Shown: positions 40,951 to 51,872 of the stretch, piece by piece | Position numbering within the stretch: the stretch's first letter is position 1 | Layout: each line of letters starts with the position of its first letter | DNA from: an uncultured Acidimicrobiales bacterium | GTDB lineage: Bacteria > Actinomycetota > Acidimicrobiia > Acidimicrobiales > UBA10347 | Length of the DNA stretch: 64,000 nt | Assembly (NCBI GenBank): GCA_943788915.1 | Contig: CALSSD010000007.1 | Location: 1-64,000 of the forward strand | Direction of reading: 5' to 3' | Program-made: the position numbers and the translations under genes | Notes under the pieces: generated by a model | What the model was told of the DNA's origin: nothing | Databases searched by the model: none | The model's input: the letters and a program-made list of their open reading frames with translations, nothing else

Positions 40951-42183
40951 ATGAGCACGGACAACAGTGCTTCCGACGAGATCATCCGACTCGAAAACGT
41001 GTACAAAATTTTTGGACCGCAACCGCGAGGTCGCGCCTTGAAGCTCGCAAAGGATGGTCTCACAAAGAACGAGGTACAGGCCGCAACCGATCACGTTGTT
41101 GGCATGACCGACGTCAGCTTCGACGTCAAACGAGGCGAGACCTTTGTACTGATGGGCCTTTCGGGGTCAGGCAAGTCAACTGCCATACGCACGGTCAACA
41201 AGCTCCATGACATCACCGATGGCAAAGTCATCGTCGACGGCACCGACGTGCAACAACTCGAGGGTACGGCGCTGCAGCAGTTCCGCCAGAAGATGGGCAT
41301 GGTCTTCCAGCACTTCGCTCTCTTCCCCCATCGATCGGTCATCGACAACACCGGATACGGGCTCAAGGTTCAGGGTGTCGAAAAAAGCGAACGAGACCGC
41401 CGCTCGCTCGAGGCGCTCGATCTCGTTGGACTACGCGCATTTGCCCAATCGAGCCCGAGCGAACTCTCTGGTGGCATGCAGCAGCGCGTCGGTCTCGCCC
41501 GTGCGCTTGCTTCTGACCCCGACGTTCTGCTCATGGATGAAGCCTTCTCGGCACTCGACCCGCTCATTCGCCGCCAGATGCAAGACGAAATGATGGCGAT
41601 TCAGGAGCATCTCCAGAAGACGATCCTGTTCATCACCCACGACCTGAACGAAGCGCTGCGTATCGGCGACCGAGTCTGCATCATGAAGGATGGTGCCGTC
41701 GTTCAGATCGGCACCCCTGACGAGATTCTCACCCAACCCGCGACCGGTTATGTGGCCGAGTTCGTGCAAGACGTCGATCAGGGGCGAGTCATCGACGTCG
41801 CAACGATCATGCGGGGCGCTGTCACCATCGATGCGTCCATGGACCTACAAGCCGCCATAACCAAGATCGGAACGAACTCTGGCGAGGGCGGTTTTGTGGT
41901 CGACGAGTCGGGCCGACCTACCGGCCTTCTCATGCCCAAGGACGCACTTCTTGCCACAACTCGAGGCAACGACCTCGCCTCTGCGCTGCGCACTGACTTC
42001 GAGAAGACAACACCAACTTCGAAGTTCAACCATATTTACGCGGCCGCGGGCAAGGGCTTGAGCATCGCTGTCGTCGACGACAATGGTTCCCTGGTCGGGG
42101 CCCTCCACCCTCGAGAGATGGTCGAGGAGATGGGACGCGTCGAGAGCCTTATTGACGGCTTCGAACGTGAGGTGTTCATGTAA
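40951..42183 (+). CDS. proV: Glycine betaine/proline ABC transporter ATPase with CBS domains
   Basis: MGLSGSGKST, VFQHFALFPH, LSGGMQQRVGLARAL, LMDEAFSALDPLIR and FITHDL motifs. Confidence 0.93.
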   Translation: MSTDNSASDEIIRLENVYKIFGPQPRGRALKLAKDGLTKNEVQAATDHVVGMTDVSFDVKRGETFVLMGLSGSGKSTAIRTVNKLHDITDGKVIVDGTDVQQLEGTALQQFRQKMGMVFQHFALFPHRSVIDNTGYGLKVQGVEKSERDRRSLEALDLVGLRAFAQSSPSELSGGMQQRVGLARALASDPDVLLMDEAFSALDPLIRRQMQDEMMAIQEHLQKTILFITHDLNEALRIGDRVCIMKDGAVVQIGTPDEILTQPATGYVAEFVQDVDQGRVIDVATIMRGAVTIDASMDLQAAITKIGTNSGEGGFVVDESGRPTGLLMPKDALLATTRGNDLASALRTDFEKTTPTSKFNHIYAAAGKGLSIAVVDDNGSLVGALHPREMVEEMGRVESLIDGFEREVFM

Positions 42184-44466
42184 TGCTGCTGCTCCTGCAG
42201 GCCGAAACCAACAACGACATCAGCGACAATAATTGGCTCGACCAGTTCCGAATCCCTGTCGGCGAATGGTTCACCCAAACGGTCGACTGGATCGACGGCG
42301 AGCTCGGTTGGTTACTCAATGCCATCAAGTGGCCGTTCCAGTCGCTCTTCGACCTCATCATGAACGAGAACGTCAATCGCACGTCGATCATGAGCATCTC
42401 GTGGGTGTGGCTGGTGCTGGGCTTCTTCGTGCTTGGCTCCGTGCTACGCAATACGCGAATCGGCTTCATGGCTGCCATAATGGTCGCGGCCTGCGGATTC
42501 CTCGGCCAAGATTTCTGGTTCGAGACGTCGAAGACGTTCGGCATGATCTTCATCTCTGTGTTCCTATGCGCCGCGATCGGACTACCGCTCGGCATCCTCT
42601 GCGGCCGCCTCGACCCTGTCTGGAAAGTGACCCGTCCGGTCCTCGATTCCATGCAGGTGATCCACTCCTTCGTATGGATGCTTCCCTTCATCGCGTTCTG
42701 GGGCATTGGCAATGTTTCGGCGACCATGGTCACAATGATGTTTGCCTTGCCACCACTGGTGCGCTTGACCAACCTAGGTATCCGTCAAGTACCTGAAGAC
42801 ATCGTTGAAGCCAGCCGATCCTATGGAGCAACCGAATTTCGGGTGCTCACCGATGTGCAGCTTCCCCTCGCTCGGCCGGCGATCATGACCGGCCTCAACC
42901 AGACGTTACTCCTGGCCATCTCGATGCTGGGTATCGCCGCTTTCATGGGTGCTGACGGGCTCGGACGACTCATCTTCCGGGCCATCAACAACCTCGACAC
43001 GGCGCTCGCGGCTTCCGCCGGACTTGCGTTCTTCTTCGTCGCCGTCGTCCTCGACCGAATTAGCCAACCCGAAGAAGACGACGGCCTGAGCCTGTTCGGA
43101 CGAATCGGCAATGCCTGGGCTCACCGCCGGAACCCGGAAGACTTGCTCGCCAACGTGCATTCACCCGACGAAGCCGACACCGAATCGGAACGACTCCTTA
43201 TCGAAGCAGCTGCAGAGGTCGATCACGCGGTTGCTGACCGCGAAGAAGAACCTACAGAACGTCTCGTTCCCATCTCGGCGGCCGAACGGCTCGGACTATT
43301 GACGGTCATCGGCGGAGGGCTGGTTGCCATCATTGGTTCATTATTGCCATGGGCAAAGGACGCCGGTGTCATCTCTTCGTGGGCACGAGCCGCCGACGAA
43401 AGCCTTCCTGGGCAGAGCATGAGTGGCGTCGCTGGTTCCGGCGGCAGCTTCTTCGGCATTCTGGTAGTCGTGTTCGCGATATTTGCCATCCTCGCCGCGA
43501 CTCGCCCGCTCGTGTCCTTTGGCCAGGACGTGAGCAAAAGACTGAATCAGGCCCAAGGCGTCCTACTCGCGGCCATGGCGGCCTTGATCGTCGTGATGTT
43601 CGTCCTGAACGTCGCCTCGGTCGGCTTCGACGGCATCGAAACGGTAGCGATGGCACTATTCGCCATCGTGGCGGTGTTGATTGCGGTCGACACCTGGATC
43701 AATGACACCCCTCGTCTCGGCGCCGATGGAGCGCTGATCTGCAGCATCGTGGCGTTCGCCTTGCCAATTGGTTACCTGCTCGCACGGGCCCCAGCCGGAG
43801 TCGACAACTACAGCGACGGCATCGGGCTGTGGATCACGCTCATCGGCGGCCTCGTCGCCGTTGGTGGAAGCCTGTACGCGATCAGGGTCGCCCCATACAC
43901 ACCACAGCGGCCACTCTCAACCGGCATCTCGATCCCGTCGTCGATCGGTGCTGTAGTGGCACTACTCCTCGTATGGGGCGGCGGTAGCGCTGCCTGGAGC
44001 GTCGACGAGCGCGCCGGGTTCCGCAATCGAGAGTTCTTCGGTGGGTTGTCAAGCGACGGGCCCCGCACTCGGCTGGCCAACCTTGTTATTTGCCATCGCC
44101 GCTCTGATCGGCGCGTTGTTACTCAGTGTTTCCCCACCAGCAAACGAGGCACGTCGCTGGCAACTCGCCAGCCTCATCACCGGCCTCGGTGCAGCCGTAC
44201 TAGCTATTCCGCTGGCCTGGGCTTTCACGGTTTCGCGAAACGGCGACGCCGACTACTTCAACGACGAGACTGCGCTCACGGGTGCAGGAGTATTGCTCGC
44301 CCTCGCCGGAGGGTTCATCCTCTCTGCCATTGGGCGCAGTGGAATCAAAGACTTCCGGCGACAGCGAATTTATGCTGATATCCGGCGCCCGGATAACACG
44401 GCCTCGTCCGTCGAATCTGTCGAAACGGCTACTGATCTGGTTGGCGCACAAGGACACAAGGCATGA
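42183..44466 (+). CDS. proW: Betaine ABC permease with long C-terminal membrane extension; frameshift ~44065
   Basis: RPVLDSMQ, PPLVRLTNLGIRQVP, EASRSYGA and QLPLARPAIMTGLNQ motifs; continues in ORF 44041-44466. Confidence 0.85.
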
Positions 44467-46823
44467 GTATCAACTTCGCAGCTCAACCACAGTTCACTGA
44501 GAACAGCTGGCTAGACGGCTTTCAGTTGCATTTCGGCGAATGGACCAAGCAGATCGTCGACTGGACCGATCAAAATCTCGAATGGTTGATAGCTATTGTC
44601 CGTTGGCCCTTCCAGACCTTGTTCGACCTGCTGCTGAACGAAGACCCTAGCCGCACGAGCATTATCGACATCCCATGGTATTGGGTGGCGATTAGCTTCT
44701 TCATCATTGGATCCGTGGCCCGTAACACCAAGATCGGTCTTATGGCCGGCGTCATGGTCGCAACGTGTGGGTTACTCGGTCCCGACTACTGGTCGGAGAC
44801 AACGAGCACTTTTGCGATGGTCTTCATTTCGGTACTTCTGTGCACCATCATCGGCATCCCACTTGGCATCTTGTGCGGGCGAAGTGATGCCATATGGAAT
44901 GTGACCCGACCGACACTCGATGCGATGCAAGTGGTGCACTCGTTCGTGTACATGTTGCCGTTTATCTTCTTCTGGAAGGTCGGTGAAGTGTCAGCGACGA
45001 TGGTGACGATGGTGTTCGCGTTACCACCGTTGGTGCGGCTAACTAATCTCGGTATCAGGCAGGTTCCCGAAGACGTCATCGAGGCCAGCAGATCATTCGG
45101 TGCCACCGAAAAACGTGTTCTTACCGACGTGCAACTACCACTCGCCCGACCAGCGATCATGACCGGCCTCAACCAGACGCTGCTGTTGGCCATCTCGATG
45201 TTGGCCATCGCTGCTCTCATGGGAGCGGGTGGGCTCGGGAAACTTCTCTTGCGAGCGATCAGTAGTCAGAATCTCGCATTGGCGGCGTCGGGCGGCCTCG
45301 CATTCTTTCTGGTCGCTGTCGTTCTCGACCGCATCAGCCAGCGAGAGGGTAACGATGGGCTGAACCTGCTCGGCCGAATCCGCGAAGCATGGCAATACCG
45401 CAAGGATCCCGAAGGTCTGTTGGCGGCGCAGGGCGAGCGAAATGTTACCAACGACGCCGCTGCCATCGTCGACGCTGCAGCAGCGGCTCAAGAAGCCGAA
45501 GCACCAGCTCCCGTCAGCTCGCGCGAGCGACTCGGCCTGCTTATCGCCGGAGCCGCCTCGGTGGTAGCGATGATCTCGGTCCTGCTCCCCTGGGGCAAGG
45601 ACTCCGGACTTATCTCCAGTTGGGGACGACGCTCTGATGAGACCGAACTGATCGGTCAGAGCGCGACGGGAATCGAAGCCTCAGGTGGATCGATCTTCGC
45701 AGTGTTCATGTTGCTGTTGAGCGCTATCGCGTTCGCTGCTGCACTTCGGCCGCTCGTGCGATTGGGCGATACTCCATCTCGGATGCTCAACCGGTTCCAA
45801 GGTGTGGCCTTTGCAGTGCTCGGCGCTGGTGCCTTCTTGGTGTGGCTCCTGAATCTATTCGGCGCCGGAAGCGGCCCACTGCCCACCCTTGGCCTACTAC
45901 TTTTTGCGGCGGCGTTTATCGCCATCGGGTTGGACACCTGGGTACGGGCTACGCCTCGCGCTGGTGCTGACGGCGCGGTGATTGCCGCCATCGGCGCCTT
46001 CGGAGCCGCGCTCGGCTATTTCACTCTACGATCCTCCGAGTTCGTCGAGAGCTACAGCCATGGCATAGGCGCCATGGTTGCGATTGCCGCTACTGCGCTT
46101 GCCGCCGGTGGGGCGATCCTGGCATTGACCTCGGCCCCGTACGGCCCCCGACGACCGATCCGGCTCAACGTATCGTGGTCCATGATTGCTGGTGGCTTCT
46201 TAGCCGTTGCCCTGATCTTCGTTGGCAGCTATTCGGCATGGATGTTCGACGAGCGACTCGATTCGCTCATCACACCCGATATGCAAGCCGAAATCGAGCG
46301 ACTCGAAGCAGAAGCTGAAGGCGACATGGGCAAGCAGATACAGAATGGCCAGACGATCACGAACATGATCAACCTCGCTCAGAGCCAGGACGCGCCCATG
46401 CGAACGGGCCTCGATAGCGACGGTCCAGGACTCGGTTATCCCATGATCGCACTCGGTGTGCTCGGTGCGATTTCCTCCTTATTCGGCGCCGGGCTCTTCG
46501 GTGCTGGTGAACAAGCAAGGTGGAAAGGAGCAACCATTACCGCCGGATTGGGCCTCGCAAACATCGTCATTCCGGCGTCATGGATCTTCTCGTTCACCCG
46601 AAGTGGCGAACCCAAAGCCATCACCGGTGCTGGTTCGTTCTTCGCTCTGGTCGGTGGCGTCATCCTCTTCGCAGCGGGACGAGGTGTTGTCAACGAGTTC
46701 CGACGGCGAAAGGTCTACGCAGACATGACAAGCGCTGGGGTCCAAATGGTCGAGGAATCGCTGGATCCATCACCTGAACCACAGCTATCCGAGGCCCTTG
46801 TCCGGGGCGGCGGAGCGGTCTGA
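44463..46823 (+). CDS. proW: Second betaine ABC permease with long C-terminal membrane extension (786 aa)
   Basis: Same core motifs and a clear paralog of the upstream permease; ATGA overlap. Confidence 0.87.
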   Translation: MSINFAAQPQFTENSWLDGFQLHFGEWTKQIVDWTDQNLEWLIAIVRWPFQTLFDLLLNEDPSRTSIIDIPWYWVAISFFIIGSVARNTKIGLMAGVMVATCGLLGPDYWSETTSTFAMVFISVLLCTIIGIPLGILCGRSDAIWNVTRPTLDAMQVVHSFVYMLPFIFFWKVGEVSATMVTMVFALPPLVRLTNLGIRQVPEDVIEASRSFGATEKRVLTDVQLPLARPAIMTGLNQTLLLAISMLAIAALMGAGGLGKLLLRAISSQNLALAASGGLAFFLVAVVLDRISQREGNDGLNLLGRIREAWQYRKDPEGLLAAQGERNVTNDAAAIVDAAAAAQEAEAPAPVSSRERLGLLIAGAASVVAMISVLLPWGKDSGLISSWGRRSDETELIGQSATGIEASGGSIFAVFMLLLSAIAFAAALRPLVRLGDTPSRMLNRFQGVAFAVLGAGAFLVWLLNLFGAGSGPLPTLGLLLFAAAFIAIGLDTWVRATPRAGADGAVIAAIGAFGAALGYFTLRSSEFVESYSHGIGAMVAIAATALAAGGAILALTSAPYGPRRPIRLNVSWSMIAGGFLAVALIFVGSYSAWMFDERLDSLITPDMQAEIERLEAEAEGDMGKQIQNGQTITNMINLAQSQDAPMRTGLDSDGPGLGYPMIALGVLGAISSLFGAGLFGAGEQARWKGATITAGLGLANIVIPASWIFSFTRSGEPKAITGAGSFFALVGGVILFAAGRGVVNEFRRRKVYADMTSAGVQMVEESLDPSPEPQLSEALVRGGGAV

Positions 46824-46970
46824 CCAGAATATGTCCGAGACCTGTGAGCACCTCACATGTGGCCGTTACCACACAAATACTCCACCCGACTGCGCATTAA
46901 GACCCTTCTGCGATAGCTTATAAACAGCGATTGATCCGTCGATCGCCACACCCACAGGAGGGGTAACTTC

Positions 46971-48146
46971 ATGAATAAACGGAAAGCGAACTTATTGTTC
47001 GCGTTTTTGGCTGTTTTCGCAATCTTTGCTTCGGCATGCGGTTCGGACGACGCAGTCGACACTGTCGCAGACACCGCAGACGCCGCTGAGGCGGCGGAGG
47101 ATGTCGCAGATGACAATGCGCTGCCTGGAGAAGGCAAAAGCGCAAACATGGGTCGGGCTAACTGGTCATCTGGTTATGTCCAAGCTCAAATTCTTCACGA
47201 TCTGATGGAAGACCTCGGCTACGAAGTCTCAAGTCCAGACGACCTTGAATTCGCCCCCGATCTCGGCTACCAGACCATGGCTGAAGGCGACATGGATTTC
47301 TGGGCCAATAGCTGGTACCCAGGACACCTGTCATGGTGGGAAGGCGAGCGCACCGACGGCACCACCGTTGGCGACCACCTTGAACGCCTCGAAGGTTCAC
47401 TCATGCCTGGTGGCGGCCTTCAGGGCATGCTCATCACCAAGTCTTGGGCTGAAGAAAATGGTGTGACCACGATCGATCAGATCAACGAAGACGAAGCGCT
47501 CTACAGCCAATTCGACACCGACGGCAATGGCAAGGGCGAGTTCTACGGCTGCCCTGAAGACTGGACCTGCGACGACATCATGGCGTCACAGATCGAGTTT
47601 GCTGGTTGGAGCAATCTTGAGCAGACCCAAGCTGGCTACGACGCAATGTTCGCGGAGTTCCTCGACAAGGCCGAATCCGGCGAGCCTGCTTTCATCTACA
47701 CCTGGACGCCTACCGCCTACCTGGCACAGGCAATTCCTGGCGAAACCACCATGTGGATCTCTGTCAACAACAGCTCAGTGCTCGATGACTCGAACCCACT
47801 CGGTAAAGAGGGCGGCGCAGAGTACGCCCAGCAACGCGAGGGTGAAATCGGCTACACCGGTCTTAGCGCCGACACCTGCTTGCAGGGTCCTGACGGTTGT
47901 CAGCTCGGCTGGCTTGCCGCCGACATCGAGATCACCGCTAACAAGGACTGGTTGAGCGACAATCCTGCCGCTCGACAACTGTTCAACGACTTCAAACCGC
48001 CCCTGATTGACCTCGCTATCGCCGGTGTTGCCCTCAGCAACTCCGACGGCGCTCAGGCCGATGTCGAGGCGATCGCTGCTGGCTGGATCGCAGATAACGG
48101 CGACCTTGTTGACGCATGGTTGAGTGCAGCTCGCTCCGCAGGCTGA
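46971..48146 (+). CDS. proX: Betaine-type ABC substrate-binding lipoprotein
   Basis: Lipobox FASAC; Trp motifs NSWYP, GCPEDWTC and YTWTP; DTDGNGKG loop as in ProX. Confidence 0.88.
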   Translation: MNKRKANLLFAFLAVFAIFASACGSDDAVDTVADTADAAEAAEDVADDNALPGEGKSANMGRANWSSGYVQAQILHDLMEDLGYEVSSPDDLEFAPDLGYQTMAEGDMDFWANSWYPGHLSWWEGERTDGTTVGDHLERLEGSLMPGGGLQGMLITKSWAEENGVTTIDQINEDEALYSQFDTDGNGKGEFYGCPEDWTCDDIMASQIEFAGWSNLEQTQAGYDAMFAEFLDKAESGEPAFIYTWTPTAYLAQAIPGETTMWISVNNSSVLDDSNPLGKEGGAEYAQQREGEIGYTGLSADTCLQGPDGCQLGWLAADIEITANKDWLSDNPAARQLFNDFKPPLIDLAIAGVALSNSDGAQADVEAIAAGWIADNGDLVDAWLSAARSAG

Positions 48147-48189
48147 CATGCAACACACGATCTGAGCTTCAGCTCTTATCGATTCGCTT

Positions 48190-48227
48190 GAAGGGCGGGG
48201 GCTTCGGCGCCCGCCCTTCGGCGTTTT
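48190..48227 (+). terminator. Intrinsic terminator after proX
   Basis: gaagggcggg ... cccgcccttc stem followed by ggcgtttt. Confidence 0.75.
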
Positions 48228-48276
48228 CCTAGCGACTCCTACCTAGTCGGGGCAGGACCATACTCCGGTGTTGCGG

Positions 48277-49792
48277 TCACGTTCTCGTCGAGCGGGTAGA
48301 TCGGGCGGCGGACGTTTTCGAACGTAAACAGGCTGTTGTCAGCTGCTCGTCACCCCCACGCCATTGCACGCGAATGTCTCGGGTCGAGATGTCGTGGAAC
48401 CCGGCCCGGTAATGGATCCGCGACTTCAGGATCAGAGTAGCGCATGTGCGGTCGGTTCGATCACCGACGCTGCGGAAACAGCCCGGGTCCCACGGTTCGA
48501 CGTTGCGGGAGATCACGACGATCTTCACTGAGCCGACTTCGAGCACTCCGGTTGCTCCCATGTCCGTCTTCGTGTCCCGCGTCCCATCGGAACAGTCACC
48601 GTGAAACTGGCCATCGGTCAGCGCCCGTACATCCGTCCGGTAACCGTGAGCGGTTCGCCGACGCGTCCAATCGCTGGCATGTCGGTCTTGCCGCCGAGCT
48701 CACACAGTGATCTCATTGGCCCACGCCCGGTCAGCCGTCATCTGTCTCGCACTGCTGCCGGGTCGCAGATGGCGAACATGGCGACGTCTTCGAGTTCTTG
48801 GGCTCGAGGACCTCGGCGAGCACAGCCACGGTGTCCTGGGTGCCACCCGAGGCCGCGTTGTCGGCGTGGTCGAGCAGGACGATCGGGCCCGTTCGTCATC
48901 GCCTTGGCTTCGATGCAATCGTCTCGGCACAGCGGCTCGGCTCTCGAACATGAACTCCGCTCGTTCCGCCCAGGCCGCGTCCAGGATCACGTCGCGGGCT
49001 TCCTCGGCTGCGGGCTGGTTTGCGTCGGCGATCGTTACGACCGAGAGTCCCGCATGCCAGATGTCGGCCAACGGGAAACCGCCGAATACTGACGACGCCA
49101 GCAGGCCGCGAGATTCCTGGAGGCGGGCCATTTCCAGCAGCGGTCCCATTGGTTCGTCTTCGTGCCCCATGCGCAACGTTTGCGCCAGGATCGGACGGCT
49201 ACCCCACACCATCACCGGGTTGATCTCACCCGCCAACGTGCGCACCAACAGCTGTCCGGCGTGGGCGCCCGCTTCGTACATGTCCAGGTGTGGGTACGTC
49301 TTGTAACCAACCAGCACCGTGCAGTTGTCCACGATGGCACCGGTCATGTTGGCGTGCAAGGTCGAGGCTGATACCGATGGGGATATCGGGCGCGATCGAC
49401 CGGATGCGGGCGAGCAGTGTTCCTTCACCATCGGTCGTGGTCTCGGCCACCATCGCCCCGTGGAGGTCGAGCATCACGGCATCGCAGCCAGCCTCGACCG
49501 CAGAACAGATGGCATCACTCATGTAGTTGTACGCGTCGGCGTGCACCTTGCCGCTTGGTGCAGCATTGCCAGCGATCGGCGTGACGATGTCCCAGCCAGC
49601 GTCGTCGGCGGTATCAAGCAAGCCACCAATGCCGGTGCCTGTCCCCTTGAACCGGGTATAGACCTCTGGACCTTCAGGCACGCCGAAACCGCCGCGGCCG
49701 AATCGTGCGAGTGGCGTGGGTACTGGTGAAAAGGTATTTGTCTCGTGCTCCATCATGGCTACGACGACGCGGGTGTTCGCAGGGTTGCTCAT
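48277..49792 (-). pseudogene. M81 (MlrC-like) metallopeptidase with multiple frameshifts
   Basis: HETNTFSP, LDLHGAM, GEGTLL, LHAN, YKTYPHLD, GGFPLAD and ILKSRIHYRAGF, scattered over at least four frame segments. Confidence 0.8.
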
Positions 49793-49900
49793 CGTCTGAT
49801 CATTACCGATCGGGCGGCTCGCTGCCCAACGTCCGCTCTAGCGCATTCATCAACCGGACGACCAACACCACCGCAGGGTGGCAACCGTCGTCCAGATGAG

Positions 49901-50209
49901 TTAGCCCACCAGCGCTCGAAAGCTCGCGGTAACGACTGCTGCGGCCAAGACCACCACAATAAATGGGGCTCGACGCCAGACCAGAACGGCTGCCACGCTC
50001 ATGCCGGCAAGACGTTCGTCGACCACCAAGCTGCTGCCCCGAGCAACCGTGAGCTGCACAATGACCGCCATGACCACCGCTGCGGGAATCAGTCCGGCGG
50101 CACGAGCCAGAATCGGCCGCTTCTCAAGCCATGGACCGATAAGAAATGCGCCGACCAAACGTTGGCCCCACGCGGCGATCGTCAGCATCACGATGGAAAG
50201 GGTCGTCAT
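49901..50209 (-). CDS. AzlD-like branched-chain amino acid exporter small subunit
   Basis: 102 aa, hydrophobic, PAAVV and WRRAPF; coupled to the AzlC-like gene. Confidence 0.8.
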   Translation of the reverse strand: MTTLSIVMLTIAAWGQRLVGAFLIGPWLEKRPILARAAGLIPAAVVMAVIVQLTVARGSSLVVDERLAGMSVAAVLVWRRAPFIVVVLAAAVVTASFRALVG

Positions 50210-50943
50210 GATTGCTCACCATCTGACGCCGATTCGGATCGCCGTGTGCGGGGCTCGCCCGGCACTCGCACCATGATCAGCGAAATCGCCACGCCGAACA
50301 CGCTCACGATGATCGGCAGGCCCGCTGGCACGATTGGCAGAAGCACCAGACAGATCGCTGCTCCGGCGATGCCAGCGATGAAGCCGTCTCGGCGGCGGAG
50401 CAGGTTGCCGATGATCGCCAACAATGCTGCCGGGAAAATCGCATCAAGACCCAGCCGCTGGGTGTCACCTAGGACGTTGCCGAGCAGCGTGCCGACCGCA
50501 AGCCCACTGAACCAGCCGAGCATCATGCCCGCCGTGGTGCGCCAGAACTCACGCTCGACTTCCCGTGGGGTGGTCTGCTGCACCGCAACCGCCACGTTGG
50601 GATCGAACGCGTTGATCGACGCGGCGGCGCGACGCCAGAAGCCTTGAGGTAGCCGGCTGCTCAGGCTGACGGCCAGAATCCCGAACCGGGTGGCGACGAC
50701 CCACCCGGCAGCGATAGCTGCCCAGTCGCCTCCTCCTCCGTCGCGCACTGCGAGATAGGCGAACTGTGATGTCGCCGAGAAGATCACGACCGATGCAACC
50801 AGCGCCCGGGTGCTCGAGGTGCCGTTGTCTATAAGCAGCACTTGCAGCGTGACACCCAGCGAGAAGAACGTGATCGCCATGGTTGCAAAGTCGACCCGAC
50901 TCAGTCGCGTCGGCGCCGCAACCTGGCTAGACGAACTCGACAC
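50206..50943 (-). CDS. AzlC family permease
   Basis: SVVIFSATSQFA, W..G..VG and LGLDAIFPAALL motifs. Confidence 0.85.
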   Translation of the reverse strand: MSSSSSQVAAPTRLSRVDFATMAITFFSLGVTLQVLLIDNGTSSTRALVASVVIFSATSQFAYLAVRDGGGGDWAAIAAGWVVATRFGILAVSLSSRLPQGFWRRAAASINAFDPNVAVAVQQTTPREVEREFWRTTAGMMLGWFSGLAVGTLLGNVLGDTQRLGLDAIFPAALLAIIGNLLRRRDGFIAGIAGAAICLVLLPIVPAGLPIIVSVFGVAISLIMVRVPGEPRTRRSESASDGEQS

Positions 50944-50992
50944 GCCCCGACGCTACTTTGCTTCCCAGTTTGCGACCGCATAACTGTCGCGA

Positions 50993-51027
50993 CGAAAAGT
51001 TACTTCCCCTGGGGAGGTAACTTTTCG
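50993..51027. other. Long AT-rich hairpin/palindrome
   Basis: cgaaaagttacttcccc-t-ggggaggtaacttttcg: 17-bp arms with one mismatch. Confidence 0.8.
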
Positions 51028-51074
51028 GACAGGAATTCCCGTGACGAAGATGTCAACCGGTCGTTGCGACCGGG

Positions 51075-51584
51075 TTAGCTGACAGCAGGTGCGACCCAAC
51101 GACTCCATTCGGAGCTGCGGGCTGGGGTGAGCACGATGGCCCCAACTGGAGTCTTTGGACTTCGCTTGAGCTTCCAGCCCAACTCGTGAAGGAGCTTGTC
51201 TCCCTTTCGCGAATTGTGCGCAGGACACATCAGCACGCAGTTCTCCCACGACGTGTCACCGCCACGCGAGCGGGGCACAAGGTGGTCGACGGTGGAGCCA
51301 CGTTCGTCGCACTTGCTGACCTGGCAGCGACGATCATCACGCGCACTCAACGCCGCCTTCGAAAAGCGAGGCGAGCGGTGCGCCCGCATACCAGCGAAGG
51401 TAACCATCGTCATCAGCCGGACCACGTGTGGAAGCGGGAACTCTGCGCCACCTGCCGATCGAATAATCCGGTCACCGGCCTGTTCAACCATCTCGGCCCG
51501 ACCACTGATAACCAGCGTCATGGCACGCTTCCACGAGACAACAGTCAACGGTTCATAGGAGGCGTTCAATAACAATACAGACAT
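51075..51584 (-). CDS. HNH endonuclease (stand-alone, McrA-like)
   Basis: LLLNASYEPL, RD..RC...C, TVDHLVPRSRGG..SWENCV..C..HN..KG; strong AAGGAGG RBS. Confidence 0.9.
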   Translation of the reverse strand: MSVLLLNASYEPLTVVSWKRAMTLVISGRAEMVEQAGDRIIRSAGGAEFPLPHVVRLMTMVTFAGMRAHRSPRFSKAALSARDDRRCQVSKCDERGSTVDHLVPRSRGGDTSWENCVLMCPAHNSRKGDKLLHELGWKLKRSPKTPVGAIVLTPARSSEWSRWVAPAVS

Positions 51585-51872
51585 GACTGTCCTCCTTTGT
51601 GTGTGATCTTGATCCGTGCGTGCAGCCACCATTGTGTCGCAAATGACACGGCCGCGCCATGTAATACGGGCTAGTTGTGCGGTCAATCAACCTGAAACTT
51701 CTCACTCGACTCTCCGTCAACAGGCCCTCGACGAGTGTCGACAACGAGGTCTGCGGCGCCCCCGGCCCCGCGGCTCGTGCCCACACGGTTCGTTGTGGCT
51801 GCCCAGGTAGTGCAGAACGGACCGGTTTCACGCCCACAAGATGTGCGCTCGCCCAGTTGGGAATCGGGTGCT

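Noticed and set aside
46843..46857. TGTGA-N5-TCACA upstream of proX as a CRP site
   Set aside because: The spacer is 5 nt, not 6. It may be another operator, but this is unsupported.
51075..51584. HNH as an IscB/HEARO or Cas9-like RNA-guided nuclease
   Set aside because: Only 169 aa with no RuvC or PLMP/RRXRR motifs; it looks like the common stand-alone HNH family.
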